Source: Gammaproteobacteria bacterium
GTDB lineage: Bacteria > Pseudomonadota > Gammaproteobacteria > Eutrophobiales > Eutrophobiaceae
Length of the DNA: 64,000 bases
Direction: 5' to 3'
Assembly: GCA_965238225.1 (NCBI GenBank)
Contig: OZ250183.1
Location: forward strand, 640,001-704,000
The notes under the pieces are model-generated. The model made no database searches and was not told the origin of the DNA. It saw nothing but the letters and a program-made list of their open reading frames with translations. How positions within the stretch are numbered: the first letter of the stretch is position 1; the number at the start of each line of letters is the position of its first letter. Below are positions 27,322-37,928 of the stretch, piece by piece. The position numbers and the translations under genes were made by a program.

Positions 27322-28317
27322 ATGCGTAATCTATCAAAAGTAAGTTTATTATTGGTTCTATTTTTGCCAAATGTTGGCTTTGCTCAATCTCTAGATTACG
27401 AACAGGTAAATAAATTTATTGATGAGATGGTGAGAAAACATGGATTTGGTACTAATGAATTGAGAATATTGTTTGGTGGAACAAAATATTCAAATAAAGT
27501 TCTAAAAGCCATGTCGCAGCCTGCTGAAAGATTGGCTTGGTATAAATATCGTAAAATATTTTTACAAGATTCTCGAATCAAAAAAGGTGTTACATTTTGG
27601 AAAAAACATAAATCTACCTTAGACAGAGCCGAGGAAATCTATAGCGTTCCACCTCAGATCATCACCTCCATTATAGGAGTAGAAACACAGTACGGACAAT
27701 ATAAAGGTAAAGATAAAGTAATGGACTCTCTGGCGACACTCGCCTTTCATTATCCAAAGCGTGCAAAATTCTTTCGTAATGAATTAGAGCAGTTTTTATT
27801 GCTAACCAGAGAACAGAATGTGGATCCACTCTTGTTAAAGGGATCTTATGCAGGGGCGATGGGTATCCCGCAATTTATTTCCAGCAGCTACAGAAATTTT
27901 TCTGTGGATTTTGATAAAGATGGCAAGAAAGATCTTTGGCAGAGTCCTGTTGATGCTATTGGCAGTATTGCGAATTATTTTAGTCGGCATGAATGGGAGT
28001 CAGGAGCAGCAATAACATACCCTGTACATGTTACAGGTGACAAAGTAGATACAATTATAGATAAAGATCTTATGCCAAATATCAAGGCAGGCAATTTAAA
28101 GAATTATAATATCATTCATGACAAAGATCTTTCAGAAGATACTTTGCTGAAAGTGATGAGGTTTGAGCAAAAAAAAAGTGATGATTATTGGATAGGGTTG
28201 CATAATTTTTATGTAATTACGCGCTATAATCATAGCGCATCATATGCCATGGTCGTTTATCAGTTATCAGAAGCAATAAAAAAAGAATATGAGAAAGAAA
28301 CTACTATTGAAAAATAA
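27322..28317 (+). CDS. mltB: Lytic murein transglycosylase B
   Basis: IIGVET, GSYAGAMGIPQFI, ITRYNHS. Confidence 0.96.
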   Translation: MRNLSKVSLLLVLFLPNVGFAQSLDYEQVNKFIDEMVRKHGFGTNELRILFGGTKYSNKVLKAMSQPAERLAWYKYRKIFLQDSRIKKGVTFWKKHKSTLDRAEEIYSVPPQIITSIIGVETQYGQYKGKDKVMDSLATLAFHYPKRAKFFRNELEQFLLLTREQNVDPLLLKGSYAGAMGIPQFISSSYRNFSVDFDKDGKKDLWQSPVDAIGSIANYFSRHEWESGAAITYPVHVTGDKVDTIIDKDLMPNIKAGNLKNYNIIHDKDLSEDTLLKVMRFEQKKSDDYWIGLHNFYVITRYNHSASYAMVVYQLSEAIKKEYEKETTIEK

Positions 28318-29131
28318 TACTTACAATCAAAGCGTATATCATTATATTTTCCTACTGCTCATTTTTCTGGCATTCGTCGGATGTTCTTCTGTTACTGTTC
28401 AGCGTGATAATGCTCGTGATGTAGATATAGATATTTCATCTGTGCCTGATGCCATTCCAAAAATGGAAACTAGGAGTAAATATGGAAATTCAGAATCGTA
28501 CGTTGTCTTCGGTAAACGATATTATGTAATGGATGACAATGCGGGATTTACTCAACGTGGCATTGCGTCCTGGTACGGTAAAAAATTCCACGGTAAGCGA
28601 ACATCAAACGGTGAAACCTACGATATGTATGCAATGACGGCAGCACATAAAACTATAATATTGCCTGCTTATGTTGAAGTTACTAACCTTGATAATGGCA
28701 AGAAAATCATTGTCAAGGTAAATGACAGAGGGCCTTTTCATGACAACAGGATTATAGACCTATCTTATTCGGCTGCTGTAAAACTTGATATTATTGCTAA
28801 AGGCACAGGTCTGGTGGAAATACGTGTCGTAGGTCTAGAATATACATCTAAGCAGGTGCCTAAAAATCGCAATACACCTACTAAAACATATTATCCTGAT
28901 CGTTTGCCGGTAGATTTTTATATACAGGCTGATGATTTTTCTGAATTAAATAACGCAGAAAAATAAATAATATTGGCAACAACATTGGTAAAAATATACC
29001 GTTCAATCATTGATAACAGATCGTTCTATAGAGTAGGAATAGGCTCATTATTTGATATAGAGAATGCAGATAATACAGTGCAACAATTAATTCGGCTTGG
29101 TGAATATGATCACCATATCATTTTTAACTAA
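28289..29131 (+). CDS. rlpA: Septal lytic transglycosylase RlpA; SPOR domain interrupted by an in-frame TAA at 28964-28966
   Basis: Lipobox FVGC; ASWYG, AAHKT, VNDRGPF, RIIDLS; the frame continues after the stop with SPOR-like FYRVGIGSL to 29131. Confidence 0.9.
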
Positions 29132-29152
29132 AATAATTATATATAAAACCTT

Positions 29153-30292
29153 ATGCATATAAATATACTTATACTACTTGTCGGGCAATTATTATTTAGC
29201 TCTATTGCTTATGCTGGAATCATTGCAATTCCTGCTCCGCCCAGCATGAAGGAAAATTCATATCTACTTCAGGATTTTAACAGTGGAAAAATTTTGGCAT
29301 CAAAAAACATTGACCAGAAAATTCCTCCAGCAAGTTTGACCAAAATGATGACAGTCTATGTTATTTCAAAAGAATTAATCGCAGGCAGAATATCACAAGA
29401 TGATGAAGTTTTAATAAGTAAAAATGCATGGAAGATGCCTGGCTCACGTATGTTTATAGAGGCGAGCAAGAAAGTATTACTTGGTGACTTATTGCGAGGT
29501 GTAATAATCCAGTCTGGTAATGATGCCAGTGTGGCATTAGCAGAACATATCTCTGGCAGTGAAGAAGCATTTTCAGATATTATGAATCAATATGCTAGTA
29601 GGTTAGGGATGACAAATAGTCATTTTACAAACAGTACTGGGCTGCCAGATGAGCAGCATTATACAACAGCAAAAGATATGGCAATTCTTGCGGCGGCTCT
29701 AATCAGAGATGCACCTGAAATATACGACCTGCATTCTGTGAAACAATTTACCTTTAATAATATTACTCAACAAAACAGAAATAAGTTACTTTGGCGCGAT
29801 CCAAGTGTCGATGGTATAAAGACAGGACATACAGAGGATGCGGGATTTTGCCTAGTTATCTCGGCAAAGAGAGATAACATGAGGCTTATATCGGTGGTAA
29901 TGGGTGCTCAGAGTGATGCCGCAAGAGTAGAAGCAAGCCAGTCATTGCTTGGTTACGGTTTCCGATTCTTTGAGACACAGAAGATATATAGTGCTAAAGA
30001 AGGTATCACTTATGTGAAAATATGGAAGGGCGATATTGATAATTTGGGCTTGGGCATAAATGCCGATCTTTATATTACCTTCCCTAGAGGTCAAAAAGGT
30101 AAGCTAACAACTACATTTGATTTATTTGATCAATATATCGCACCCTTAACCAAGGGAGATATACAGGGCAGTCTAAAGATTAATCTTGCAGATGATGAAG
30201 TCGTAGAGGCAGAATTAATTGCCTTGCAATCGATTAATGAAGGGAGTTTTATAGTACGTCTGAAAGATAGTCTTAAATTACTCCTTGAGTAA
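29153..30292 (+). CDS. dacA: D-Ala-D-Ala carboxypeptidase (PBP5/6, peptidase S11)
   Basis: PASLTK, SGNDA, KTGHT. Confidence 0.95.
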   Translation: MHINILILLVGQLLFSSIAYAGIIAIPAPPSMKENSYLLQDFNSGKILASKNIDQKIPPASLTKMMTVYVISKELIAGRISQDDEVLISKNAWKMPGSRMFIEASKKVLLGDLLRGVIIQSGNDASVALAEHISGSEEAFSDIMNQYASRLGMTNSHFTNSTGLPDEQHYTTAKDMAILAAALIRDAPEIYDLHSVKQFTFNNITQQNRNKLLWRDPSVDGIKTGHTEDAGFCLVISAKRDNMRLISVVMGAQSDAARVEASQSLLGYGFRFFETQKIYSAKEGITYVKIWKGDIDNLGLGINADLYITFPRGQKGKLTTTFDLFDQYIAPLTKGDIQGSLKINLADDEVVEAELIALQSINEGSFIVRLKDSLKLLLE

Positions 30293-30300
30293 ATTGTAAT

Positions 30301-31140
30301 ATGTCTTCTATTGTTTATCTGAACGGTCAATATATACCGATTGAAAAAGCTAAGATCTCTGTACTAGATAGGGGATTTATATTTGCTGATGGTGTATATG
30401 AGGTGATTCCTGTATATCACGGGCATATTTTCAGATTAAAAAACCATATAGAAAGGCTAAATAGTAGCCTTGATGAAGTATATATTGAAAGACCTTATGA
30501 TTTAGCGCAGTGGCAAGAAATATTGTGTGAATTGATTCGCCAGAACCCCGCAGAAGATCATTCTTTATATATTCAAGTTACCAGAGGTGTTTCAGAAAGA
30601 GATCACGCTATAGCAACGGCAAAAAAACAAACTATATTTGCAATGAGCAGGCCGTTACTTAAAAAGAATTATGAAGCAGGAATATCTGCTATTGTTGCAG
30701 AAGATATCAGATGGAAACTTTGCCATATAAAGGCCATTACTTTACTTCCCAGCGTGATCTTAAGACATAAGGCAAGCCAAGCAGGGGCAACTGAAGCACT
30801 GTTGGTGAAAGATGGTAATGTCACAGAGGGAGCAGCAAGTAATATATTTATTGTCAAAGACGGTGTTGTTAAGACCCCCCCCAAAGACGGCAGCCTACTC
30901 CCAGGTATCACCAGAGATTTGCTTGTTGAACTATTATCAGCATCAGATATTGCCTGCGAAGAAACGAGCATCTCTGAAAAAGAATTAAGACAGGCTGATG
31001 AAATATGGATTACCGGTTCCATATGGGAAATTGTGTCAGTGGTAAAGCTGGATGCCGAGTTTATCGGCACAGGCAAGCCGGGCGAGATCTGGCAACAGGC
31101 CTCAAAAATCTACCAGACATTTAAACAGGAGAGCGGATAA
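30301..31140 (+). CDS. dat: D-amino-acid aminotransferase (class IV PLP)
   Basis: DRGFIFADGVYEV, EGAASN, LPGITR. Confidence 0.9.
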   Translation: MSSIVYLNGQYIPIEKAKISVLDRGFIFADGVYEVIPVYHGHIFRLKNHIERLNSSLDEVYIERPYDLAQWQEILCELIRQNPAEDHSLYIQVTRGVSERDHAIATAKKQTIFAMSRPLLKKNYEAGISAIVAEDIRWKLCHIKAITLLPSVILRHKASQAGATEALLVKDGNVTEGAASNIFIVKDGVVKTPPKDGSLLPGITRDLLVELLSASDIACEETSISEKELRQADEIWITGSIWEIVSVVKLDAEFIGTGKPGEIWQQASKIYQTFKQESG

Positions 31141-31208
31141 TACTTGTTTATCCCTGCCGGAAGGCAGGGGTAGCAATATCAAAAAAATTAATGAGTTAAT
31201 ATAATTAT

Positions 31209-31565
31209 ATGGATATATACAAAGAATTTACAATTGAGGCGGCACACCTTTTACCTAATGTTCCTGAAGGCCATAAATGTAGAAGACTGCACGGCCATTC
31301 TTTTAGAATAGAGATTCATGTAGAGGGAGATATCGATCCAAAACTAGGTTGGGTAATGGATTTTATACAGTTAAAAAGTAAGTTTAATCCTATATTTGAA
31401 CAGTTAGACCATAACTACCTAAATGAGATAGAAGGCTTGGAGAATCCTACCAGCGAGAATCTTGCGCGTTGGGTGTGGTTAAAATTACTCCCTGATTTAC
31501 CAGCACTGAAAAAAATTGTTGTTAAGGAAACATGTAATTCAGGATGTATCTATCAAGGCAAATAA
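31209..31565 (+). CDS. queD: 6-carboxytetrahydropterin synthase
   Basis: AAHLLP, CRRLHGHSF, LENPTSENLA. Confidence 0.96.
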   Translation: MDIYKEFTIEAAHLLPNVPEGHKCRRLHGHSFRIEIHVEGDIDPKLGWVMDFIQLKSKFNPIFEQLDHNYLNEIEGLENPTSENLARWVWLKLLPDLPALKKIVVKETCNSGCIYQGK

Positions 31566-31571
31566 CAGCGC

Positions 31572-32345
31572 TTAAACTTTAATTCCCGTGCCTTTATTTA
31601 ATAGATAAAGACAAAAACTGAAAAGTATAACAATGAATATTAATATAATTACGAATGCAGGCTGAATATTAATATCTGATACTCCTAACATGCCATAACG
31701 AAATGCATTGACCATATAGAATATAGGATTAATTTTTGAAACCGTTTGCCAAAATTCAGGCAATAGGCTGATTGTGTAAAAAACACCGCCTAGATAAGTG
31801 AGCGGGGTGAGTACAAAAGATGGAATAATGACAATATCATCAAATTTTTTGGCAAAAATTCCATTTATAAACCCAGCTAGAGAAAAAAGAGTTGATGTGA
31901 GTAGTGCAACGCTAATTACTATCAGAGGATGTTCGATGTGCAGTTCAGTAAAAAATAGCGCAGTCAGTGTAACCACAAAACCTACCGCCATACCTCGAGC
32001 AACCCCTCCAGCGACATAACCACTCAGTATTATTATATTGGGAATGGGTGCAACCAACATTTCCTCAATATGTTTTTGAAATTTTGCTCCAAAGAAAGAT
32101 GAGACAACATTAGCATAAGAGCTATTGATGATAGACATCATAATAATACCGGGCGCTATATACTGGATATAATTGAATCCATCCATCTGTCCGATACGAG
32201 ATCCTATCAGATTACCAAAAATGACAAAATAGAGCGACATGCTAACTGCGGGAGGCAAGACAGTCTGTACCCAGATACGCACAAACCGATTCACCTCTTT
32301 GGTAACAATGGTACGAAATGCAGTGAAATATAAATTTGTATTCAT
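31572..32345 (-). CDS. yadH: ABC-2 transporter permease (YadH-like)
   Basis: RIWVQTVLPP, SYANVVSSFF, PLTYLGGVFY. Confidence 0.9.
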   Translation of the reverse strand: MNTNLYFTAFRTIVTKEVNRFVRIWVQTVLPPAVSMSLYFVIFGNLIGSRIGQMDGFNYIQYIAPGIIMMSIINSSYANVVSSFFGAKFQKHIEEMLVAPIPNIIILSGYVAGGVARGMAVGFVVTLTALFFTELHIEHPLIVISVALLTSTLFSLAGFINGIFAKKFDDIVIIPSFVLTPLTYLGGVFYTISLLPEFWQTVSKINPIFYMVNAFRYGMLGVSDINIQPAFVIILIFIVILFSFCLYLLNKGTGIKV

Positions 32346-32347
32346 GT

Positions 32348-33271
32348 TTAGCTGTCAGATTTATTTTCTTCAAGGAGTCTGATAAATAGCTCCTCAAGGC
32401 GATTAGATTTATTCCGCATACTGAGCGCTTCAATTTTTTGCTCGGATAATTGTTTGAATAAATTATTAAGACTTTGTTGTCTGGATATATCGATTTGTAA
32501 TGTTGAATCATCGATCATAAGGTAATTATAATCATTGATATTCGGCGCGGTTGATTGGAGCTTCTTTATATCAAAAATAAATGTCTCAATATCTAGTTTT
32601 GACAGGATTAATTTTATTGAAGTATTTTCAATAATATTTCCTTTGTCGATAATAGCGATGTTTCTGCAAAGATTTTCAGCTTCCTCAAGGTAATGTGTTG
32701 TTAGCACTATTGTCGTTCCCTGTTCGTTAATCTTGATTAAAAAATCCCACATTGAACGCCGCAATTCAACATCAACCCCTGCGGTCGGTTCATCAAGTAT
32801 CAGTAATTTTGGCTTATGAATTAGTGCACGAGCCATCATCAATCTTTGTTTCAAGCCGCCTGATAATGTGTGAGAAGGGTCGTTACGTTTCCCCCAAAGC
32901 CCCATGACACTCATATATTCTTCGGCACGCTCATACGCCACCCTTTTATTTATCCCGTAGTAACCAGCCTGATTAATGAGAATCTCAAGCGGACTTTCAA
33001 ATTGCGAAAAATTTACTTCTTGAGGGGTGAAGCCTATAAGTGATTTTGCTTCAATAGAGTGGGAATCAATATTCAGACCAAAAATACTTACTTCTCCATC
33101 AGTCTTATTTACCAGAGAAGTAACAATGCCAATGGTTGTTGATTTTCCTGCGCCATTTGGTCCGAGCAGGGCAAAAAAATCTCCTTCACTGATTTCTAGG
33201 TTAATTCCTTTTAAGGCCTGAAAACCATTTTTGTAGGTCTTTTTTAGATTTTTAATTTGCAGTGCCTTCAC
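32348..33271 (-). CDS. yadG: ABC transporter ATP-binding protein (YadG-like)
   Basis: GPNGAGKST, LSGG, LDEPTAGVD, NRLEELF. Confidence 0.9.
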   Translation of the reverse strand: MKALQIKNLKKTYKNGFQALKGINLEISEGDFFALLGPNGAGKSTTIGIVTSLVNKTDGEVSIFGLNIDSHSIEAKSLIGFTPQEVNFSQFESPLEILINQAGYYGINKRVAYERAEEYMSVMGLWGKRNDPSHTLSGGLKQRLMMARALIHKPKLLILDEPTAGVDVELRRSMWDFLIKINEQGTTIVLTTHYLEEAENLCRNIAIIDKGNIIENTSIKLILSKLDIETFIFDIKKLQSTAPNINDYNYLMIDDSTLQIDISRQQSLNNLFKQLSEQKIEALSMRNKSNRLEELFIRLLEENKSDS

Positions 33272-33572
33272 GAGAATATTATAGCAGATACCGTATTACA
33301 ACGAGTATTTTTTAGAATTGGCAGCTAAAGAAAATAAAAATAAATTATTAAAGGATGCGTATTTAATTTTTCTTATTATAGATAATTACACTCTTTCGTT
33401 AAGAATGATTTTATTTATTAATGACCTAAATTTTCTAAAATACGAACGTTTTATAGATAAAATTCCAAGATAGAATTTAAATTAATATCACAAAAATTAT
33501 GCACTAAGGCATGAATTAATATGACAAATTAATGTAGTAATGATAGTGACCTTACCAAGCTTTTAACTGAGT

Positions 33573-36500
33573 TTAAGCTTGTGACCCGAGTACATAATCT
33601 AGCCACAAATCAGATAATTTTTCTTGTACGGTATTTTGCCTGAGACGGGCATCTAAATTTGAAAAATCTACCCTGTCCAAATCCTGATCCTGATTGTAAC
33701 AGGAATATACAAAATATTCTTCTCCAGTATGAGGGTCAACGTGTTTACATAAACACTGCGCACAGACACCTTTCATCATGCACTGCATAGGGGAATTAAT
33801 CGATCCAATCGCCGTGTGTTCAGGTTTTAGATAGGGTTTTAATTGTTCCTCCCGTGCTTTTTTTACTGCCGCCATCATTTTATCAGAACCGATAACGATC
33901 ATTTGATCAACATCTTTCAGATTAATGGTTATTTCACCGAGCTGCCCTTTTGCATAGGATTCAATCGATTCAATAATATTGCCAATACATGTCCTGTCTT
34001 GTATCCGTGTCGGTTTTATGGTTTCGACTCCAAGTGCTGGGTCAACAGACCATACAATAACGTCAGAAGCCTCTTCAATATCTTTAACTTTAAACACGTC
34101 AGTCGGACTCTTGTAACCTGCAAAATAAATAACTTTATTGTTAGTTTTACGCAGTGCCTTGCCGATAGAAAATTGCACAGCATTCCCAAGACCACCGCCA
34201 ACTAGCATGATTGTCATGCCTTCACTGATTTCAGTTGGCTCACCTGTAACACCCATAACGACAAGAGGATCATCCGGTTTCCACAAGGAACACAATTTTG
34301 AAGAACTCCCCATTTCTAATGTGATGAGTGAAATGATTCCAGTTTCCTTATTAACTTCGGCACCAGTTAGTGCTAAGCCTTCCGCAGCAAGCACTGTACC
34401 ATGAGAAACTGGCGCTAGGCTTTCTAAATTTTGGACGCGGTAGAATTGTCCTGGCTGGAATTTTCTGGCTTGCATAGGTGCTTTGACAAGCACTTCTATA
34501 ATAGTTGGTGTTAGCCTGTTAACTTCTACGACTGTCGCAAGCAATTCATTATCCAGATGATCAAAGAGTTTTTTTAAGGATTGATCTCTATCCATCTGCT
34601 TTTCAGGATCAAGTGTTTTTAGTTCTTGTTCGAATAATTTAACAACATAAGGATAACCATCTTTAGCGCTGGCCATGGCTTTAACGACGTTACCCGCATA
34701 TACAGGATGATTGTCGCCGTAGAAAGATATAAATCTTCCGTTTCTACAGTACGATGTCATAGGCGCGGGTTTGCCAATCTTTGGTTGTGCTGCATCATCC
34801 ATTGGTACCAGTTCGGGAAGTTTGGAGTTGTTCCAACGTGGCTCATAACGTTGGAAGAATTTACCATCCATGCGAAAGGTGTAGGGAATTTCCTGCTCAT
34901 AGATTGTATTTGGTGAAGTCCCAGCAGCAATAAATAGACTGCGTAACGGGACATTCAGTAAATTATCTTCACCGATCCATCTACCTTCTTTTTCAACCAG
35001 CAAGTCAAAATTAACCGCTTTTAATGCACCATATTCATCTTCAATAGCTTCATAAGGACTCATGCCTTCAGCAAGCTGAATGCCTTCTTGTAGTGCTTCG
35101 TGAATTTCTTCATGGTTTTGTTTATATGCTGGTGCATCCTTAATTCCTTTGCGATAGAACATGGTGACACCGCCCCATTGGTCAATCAATGGTTGAAAGT
35201 TTGGTGATTCTCCAACAGCTTTAGCTCTGTTACGTTCTGTACAAATTGCACGACCATGCTGTATAAATTCATCTAGTATTATGATTTCTTCTTTGTCATA
35301 ACGAGCACGAATAATTTTCTCTCCTTTTTCTAACACCAGTTTTTCATAACGATGAAGAATTTTCTCAACTTGAACGGGATAATACGCCATGACCTCGGTG
35401 GTTGTATCAAGGGCAGTCAGACCTCCGCCAATGACTCCAGCTGGCAGACGAACTTGTAAATTTGCGAGCGATGATTCCTTCGCTGCCCCGGTAAGCTGTA
35501 GTGACATGAGAAAATCAGAGGCTTTGCGTATGCCTCTGATAAGGTTGTTTTTGAGCCCGATAATAGTGGGTTTGCCGGCACCATTGGCAATAGCAATATG
35601 ATCAAAACCTAAATTCCATGCTTCTTCTATGGTTATTGTGCCGCCAAAACGGACACCACCATAACATTTGAAGGACTGACGTCTGGCAAGATTCAGGTAG
35701 ATGACCTTGAGAAAATTTTTATCCCATCGAACAGTAATTCCATATTCAGCAACACCACCAAACCCCGCAAGCATTCTTTTATCCAAGTCCTCATAGAGTT
35801 CGCTGAAATCTTTTACTGGCGTTGGTAATTTATCATTGGTACCAATGAGTTTATTTGGCAGTGGTTCAATTTTTAAAGCATCGACACCGACGACGCCAAA
35901 GCCTTCACTAACAAGATAATGTGATAAAGTGTATCCGGCTGGCCCCAAACCAACCACTAGGGTATTTTTACCATTATATGGCAGGGCGTAAGGACGTTTG
36001 ATATTGAGCGGGTTCCAGCGAGTCAGCAGGCTATATATTTCAAATCCCCAAGGCATGAACAGAACATCAGTTAACACATTCGTTTCAATTTGTGGGATAT
36101 TAACTGGTTCTGTTTTCTGGTAAATGCAGCTTTTCATACATTCATTACAGATACGATGTCCGGTTCCCGGAACCATAGGATTATCAATCGTAATAAGTGC
36201 CAGCGCGCCGATATTGTCCCCTTGCCGTTTGAGGATATGCATTTCCGAAATTTTTTGTTCAAGTGGACAGCCTGTGATGGCGGTACCAATATCTGTCGAT
36301 TTAAAACCACCCGTTTTTTTATTACGCATGCCTTTTGAGCATGAATCTGTATCTCGGTCATGACAATAGATGCAGTGGTCTACTTCATATAGAGTTTCTC
36401 TTGTATTGAAACGTAGATCAGTCAGACTAAAACCATCCCGACGTCTATGCTCATGTTTAGGGCAAACCCATGTCTTAAAACCATCACGCTGCTTCATCTC

Positions 36501-37304
36501 GTGATGAACAAGATTATTTGAGTCTGTTTTCTTTGGGTTTTTGAAACTTACCCATCCAACAACTAATTTTGAAAGTTCATCATCATTTTGTGCGGCATAA
36601 CTCCAACGCTGAACCACATCTAATAATCTATTAATGAATTCAGACGTTTGTTCTTCTGAAAGCGCAGATTTAAAAGTAGTTTTTGCATCCGTATTTTCAC
36701 TGATTAATTTTCGTATTTCCGATACCTGTATATCCGCATCATCTATGTGATCACATTGATCTTCAGGCTTACCTTTAGTAATAAGCTGATAATGGTTTGC
36801 AAGTCGTATCAGTTTTGCGCCGATACGACTGATACTTCTTTCTGCATCCGGATCGTTTGCAGCGACAGGGAAGGCCGCTTTCTTCAATAGTTCTAGATCA
36901 GAGCGTATCTTTACGATGTCCCAATTTGAAATATCTTCATTTTTGAATTTTAATTTACCGACGACTTCATTGCGATAGATAAAAATTGAATCGACTTCTT
37001 CTTTTATCAACTGGGTTTGCGCAGCAACTTCATCTTCTATCTGAAAAATCTTTGTAACAAATTTCCCTACATAAGGTGCCATGCGAATTAATAAATCAGA
37101 GATAACTTGTGGGGACATATTTTCACCCTGACGGTTCTGATATTCTTGAAATTCAGAAAATAAATCCTGATCATGTTGTTGTACAGAATCTTTAAATGTC
37201 TTGTGTAAATCACGAAGACGAAGCGGCTGATGCAAATCAGCATAAGTATATCCATTAATTCCAAGAGGAAAATCTTTGTTCGTTATTTTTGTATTTGATG
37301 ACAA
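33573..37304 (-). CDS. Fe-S flavoprotein fusion: GltD/NfnB-like domain plus FNR/PyrK(NfnA)-like domain
   Basis: Cys cluster CIYCH..SC..GCP..CNECMKSC, GLGPAG, GGGLTA, PGQFYR, GGGLGNA and C-terminal MQCMMKGVCAQC. Confidence 0.85.
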   Translation of the reverse strand: MSSNTKITNKDFPLGINGYTYADLHQPLRLRDLHKTFKDSVQQHDQDLFSEFQEYQNRQGENMSPQVISDLLIRMAPYVGKFVTKIFQIEDEVAAQTQLIKEEVDSIFIYRNEVVGKLKFKNEDISNWDIVKIRSDLELLKKAAFPVAANDPDAERSISRIGAKLIRLANHYQLITKGKPEDQCDHIDDADIQVSEIRKLISENTDAKTTFKSALSEEQTSEFINRLLDVVQRWSYAAQNDDELSKLVVGWVSFKNPKKTDSNNLVHHEMKQRDGFKTWVCPKHEHRRRDGFSLTDLRFNTRETLYEVDHCIYCHDRDTDSCSKGMRNKKTGGFKSTDIGTAITGCPLEQKISEMHILKRQGDNIGALALITIDNPMVPGTGHRICNECMKSCIYQKTEPVNIPQIETNVLTDVLFMPWGFEIYSLLTRWNPLNIKRPYALPYNGKNTLVVGLGPAGYTLSHYLVSEGFGVVGVDALKIEPLPNKLIGTNDKLPTPVKDFSELYEDLDKRMLAGFGGVAEYGITVRWDKNFLKVIYLNLARRQSFKCYGGVRFGGTITIEEAWNLGFDHIAIANGAGKPTIIGLKNNLIRGIRKASDFLMSLQLTGAAKESSLANLQVRLPAGVIGGGLTALDTTTEVMAYYPVQVEKILHRYEKLVLEKGEKIIRARYDKEEIIILDEFIQHGRAICTERNRAKAVGESPNFQPLIDQWGGVTMFYRKGIKDAPAYKQNHEEIHEALQEGIQLAEGMSPYEAIEDEYGALKAVNFDLLVEKEGRWIGEDNLLNVPLRSLFIAAGTSPNTIYEQEIPYTFRMDGKFFQRYEPRWNNSKLPELVPMDDAAQPKIGKPAPMTSYCRNGRFISFYGDNHPVYAGNVVKAMASAKDGYPYVVKLFEQELKTLDPEKQMDRDQSLKKLFDHLDNELLATVVEVNRLTPTIIEVLVKAPMQARKFQPGQFYRVQNLESLAPVSHGTVLAAEGLALTGAEVNKETGIISLITLEMGSSSKLCSLWKPDDPLVVMGVTGEPTEISEGMTIMLVGGGLGNAVQFSIGKALRKTNNKVIYFAGYKSPTDVFKVKDIEEASDVIVWSVDPALGVETIKPTRIQDRTCIGNIIESIESYAKGQLGEITINLKDVDQMIVIGSDKMMAAVKKAREEQLKPYLKPEHTAIGSINSPMQCMMKGVCAQCLCKHVDPHTGEEYFVYSCYNQDQDLDRVDFSNLDARLRQNTVQEKLSDLWLDYVLGSQA

Positions 37305-37420
37305 TATAACCGCCTCATTTTTACTTATTAAACACGCGTGATTTAAACTCGCCTTTACATATTTTCAGGATAAATTTAAGAGGAGCAATGTAGTGGAGTA
37401 TAAATATAATTATAATTAAT

Positions 37421-37441
37421 ATTCTTATAATTTATAAGAAT
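37421..37441. promoter_or_regulatory. Perfect 10-1-10 inverted repeat, candidate operator
   Basis: ATTCTTATAA-T-TTATAAGAAT about 120 bp upstream of the Fe-S flavoprotein gene. Confidence 0.4.
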
Positions 37442-37583
37442 AAGAAACATTACTTCTTATTCACTCTAAGCAACACCATAAACCTTGGAACCTTGCGAGT
37501 CTGGCCTAAGGAGTGTGCGGTATTTTGGTTTGGAGCTGGTCAGAGTGAAATTAAATTATTCAGCTTAGGATCTGGTTTAATTT

Positions 37584-37928
37584 TCACTCTTGTCGCTCGT
37601 TATTCTTGCGCGAAGTACTTTTCTTTTTTGTCACTTTTTTAAGACTTTGCGCTTTTATATCCCCTTCAGAGAAAGGGCTGAAAGGAAACGGACGTTTTTC
37701 GGATTGAAAAGTAACATAGTGCAAAACTTGTATTGTGTAGGAAGTTATTGTCGCGCTGAATCGTTTAAGATTATCATTTAGCCTGCCAGTTAGAACCTTA
37801 GTGATAAACTGAAAGACAACCAGTAGCCAGATGATGCAATAGAGGACATAAAAAATTACCCCAAAAACCAGAATGAAGAATCCTCTAATCCACGTATCCG
37901 TATTTTTTATATTATCTTTAATATTCAT
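37584..37928 (-). CDS. DUF4389-like small membrane protein
   Basis: WIRGFFILVF...VVFQF...YVTFQSEKRPFPFS pattern. Confidence 0.8.
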   Translation of the reverse strand: MNIKDNIKNTDTWIRGFFILVFGVIFYVLYCIIWLLVVFQFITKVLTGRLNDNLKRFSATITSYTIQVLHYVTFQSEKRPFPFSPFSEGDIKAQSLKKVTKKKSTSRKNNERQE

